DNA of 64,000 bases from Squalus acanthias. Its lineage: Eukaryota. Position 1 is the stretch's first letter. Each line of letters begins with the position of its first letter. Positions 61,738 through 64,000 of this stretch are shown here, in pieces. The stretch is taken from assembly GCA_030390025.1 (NCBI GenBank), contig CM059425.1, positions 166,410,001-166,474,000 of the forward strand, written 5' to 3'. Position numbers and translations under genes: made by a program. The notes under the pieces were generated by a model. It searched no databases, was not told the origin of the DNA, and was given only the letters and a program-made list of their open reading frames with translations.

Positions 61738-63199
61738 TGTAAAGGAATAAGCCATACCTATTCAGAAAAATACACCATCCTATGAACAGAATTCTAGCTT
61801 TATTAAAATATGACATACTGGGTTTAAAAATCTAAAAGCTTCAATGACACAAAGCTGTAAATACAGGCTTCTGAGATAAGATGAGTGTTAACACAAAGCT
61901 GTAAACACCATACAAGCTTTTGAAATGGGAATTGGTTGTTGACACTGAGACAATGGCCCTATTGAAGAAACAAAGAGTTGCTTCCAAGAAGTCTGCAGTT
62001 TGGAACCAACACAATAGCTATACCCAGTTTAAAGTGTTAAAAACTAACACTTCGAACAGAAACACAGAACATTAAAAAACCATGTGCCTTTGTAAAAGTA
62101 ATATCAAATGAAAGACAGGAAACATAAGTTTGTAATACAACCAATTGAAGTAGCTAGGTAAACAATTATGTACTCGGTTGAAGTGGGTTTAAATTTACAT
62201 GTTGTAAAAGATACAAACAGAAGACTTTGAAAATATTACATCAATAGATGCACCAAGTAATCACATGGTTTTTATATTGAACTTGGAACAGTTAGGAGAC
62301 GCGAAGTCTGGCTTACAACCAGTTAAAGTGATTTAAGAATTCAATAGAAGACCGTCGTAAGAAAGGCATCAAATAGATAAATCTGTTATAACCATTTTCT
62401 ATGATAAGTTTTGAAACACTGACACAGCAGATATAATTATGCATGCAGCAGCTGAACTGACAGTAAGATTAGAAAGAAGTCAACAGAAATATGACTAGAG
62501 ATAATTAGCTTACATCAGCAGAAAACTTCAAAGGATATGCCACTGCAAAAAGAGTATAAAATATGGAACTTTCAGATCGGAAGTCAGAAGTCGCTGGAAG
62601 GGGCAAGCGATTCTCAACTTCAGAGGCAGGCTCTGTAAGTTTTTAACTCTTTGAGTCTCGGGGATCAAAAGGTACTTTTATTTGATTTTGGTGGATGTCC
62701 TGGATTATAAATAAGTATGAAGTGTGGAAATGTAACGAAGTTAAGATTTGAGAATAAGGATCTCTGATAAGAAATGTAAGCTATTTGTATTTTGAACTGT
62801 TAAAGTTGCGATTGAATCACCAACTGTTAGCTGCATGTCAGTTCTTTAATAAATCTATATATTTTTAGAATTGTCTCACATAGTATTTCTGTATCAAACT
62901 CGTGAACTCAATCTCTGTACACTCTTTGGTGAGGAGTTGCAGAATTCTGGGGGAGTTTTCCGGACCCTCATAATATCCGGAAGGTTACAGTCTAGTTAAA
63001 CTTATTAAAAGTGCTATCTGGAGGATGGTAACATCTTCAAGTCGTTCCTTTCCTTTAGGGAGAGATAGTCTGACCTTTAGACCAAATTAAGCATCTCTAG
63101 GATTCGGCTATCTCTAACTTTAGTTGAAGGTGAACGTCTGGGGAATACACCTGATCTGGGGTAGCCCAAAAAGGGCTAGGACTAGTAATTATCCCTTCA
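61738..63199 (+). mobile_element. Solo LTR, 1462 bp
   Basis: Starts TGTAAAGGAATAA and ends TTATCCCTTCA, with a 4-bp TSD TGGC (61734-61737 / 63200-63203) interrupting L2. TATAAAA at 62555 and AATAAA at 62848. Confidence 0.8.
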
Positions 63200-64000
63200 T
63201 GGCAGGGGCGGAAACGTGATTGGAGGGATTCAAACATGGAATTCCGGGAAAGATAGGCACGGATCTGGGAGGCGACAACACGTTCAAGGATTTTGGAGAT
63301 GAAAGGGAGGTTGGAGATGGGTCGGTAGTTTGCAAGGATGGAGGGGGTCAAGGGTTGTTTTTTTGAGAGGGGTGATGATGGCAGATTTGAAGGAGTGGGG
63401 TCAGTACCTGAGGAGAGAGAACTGTTAACAATGTCAGCTAACACGGGAGCCAGAAATGGAAGTTGGGTGGCCAACAGTTTAGTGGGAATAGGGTTGAGGG
63501 AGCGGAAAGTGGGTCTCATGGACTAGATGAGCGCGGAGAGGTCATGAGGGGAGATCGGAGAGAAACTGGAGAAAGATGTGAGTTCAGGGCTCGGGCAGGG
63601 GGGAACCTTAGAGGATGTTTGGCCTGGTGGGCTAGGGGAAGGAAGGGAAGTGGCTGAGGCAGCTGATTGGATGTTCTCAATCTTAGAGACAAAGAGGTCT
63701 ATGAGCTCCTCACACTTGTTATCAGAGGTGAGGGTGGAGGAGACAGGGGAGAGGGGTTTAAGAAGACGGTTAGCAGTGGAGAATAGAAGCCGGGGTTTAT
63801 CTTTGCATTCCAGAATGATTCTGGAATAGTGAGCAGTTTTGGCAGACGAGAGCAGGACCCGATAATGCTTTATGTGGTCCAGCCAGATCTGGCGGTGAAT
63901 GGCTAAACCAGTTGTCCGCCATATCCGTTCAAGTCTGTGTCCCTTGGAGTGAGCGAAGATGAGGGCCGTACCAGGGGGAATGGCTAGGGTGAGAGAGAGT

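Larger units (their letters stand above)
58332..64000 (-). mobile_element. L2 LINE running off the window end, hosting a CR1, two MITEs and a solo LTR
   Basis: [61 protein letters not shown] and LHWLP motifs, with the 3' tail at 58332. Confidence 0.9.

Overview
Vertebrate non-genic (intergenic or deep intronic) DNA made almost entirely of nested transposable elements. The mix of CR1, L2, Penelope-like and Harbinger elements suggests a cartilaginous fish, but that is inference. I found no host protein-coding exon, rRNA, tRNA gene or CRISPR array. Contents: (i) three near-full-length two-gene PIF/Harbinger DNA transposons (4376-8535, 23000-26926, 28160-31573), each with a DDE transposase and a convergent 3-exon Myb/SANT gene, plus more than 10 non-autonomous derivatives and relics; (ii) several CR1 and L2 LINEs acting as landing pads for younger insertions; (iii) two families of GIY-YIG Penelope-like elements (PLEs) with minimal hammerhead ribozymes, including a 2.3-kb fold-back insertion with 955-bp arms and a 381-bp non-coding hairpin element with a hammerhead on each strand; (iv) a 1462-bp TG...CA solo LTR with a 4-bp TSD; (v) a pogo/Tigger-like MITE, SINE relics and a few unexplained ~105-155-bp inverted or direct repeats. 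The best candidate for a new system is the fold-back, ambisense-hammerhead PLE pair at 45559-48565. All coordinates and alignments were read by eye, with no database search.
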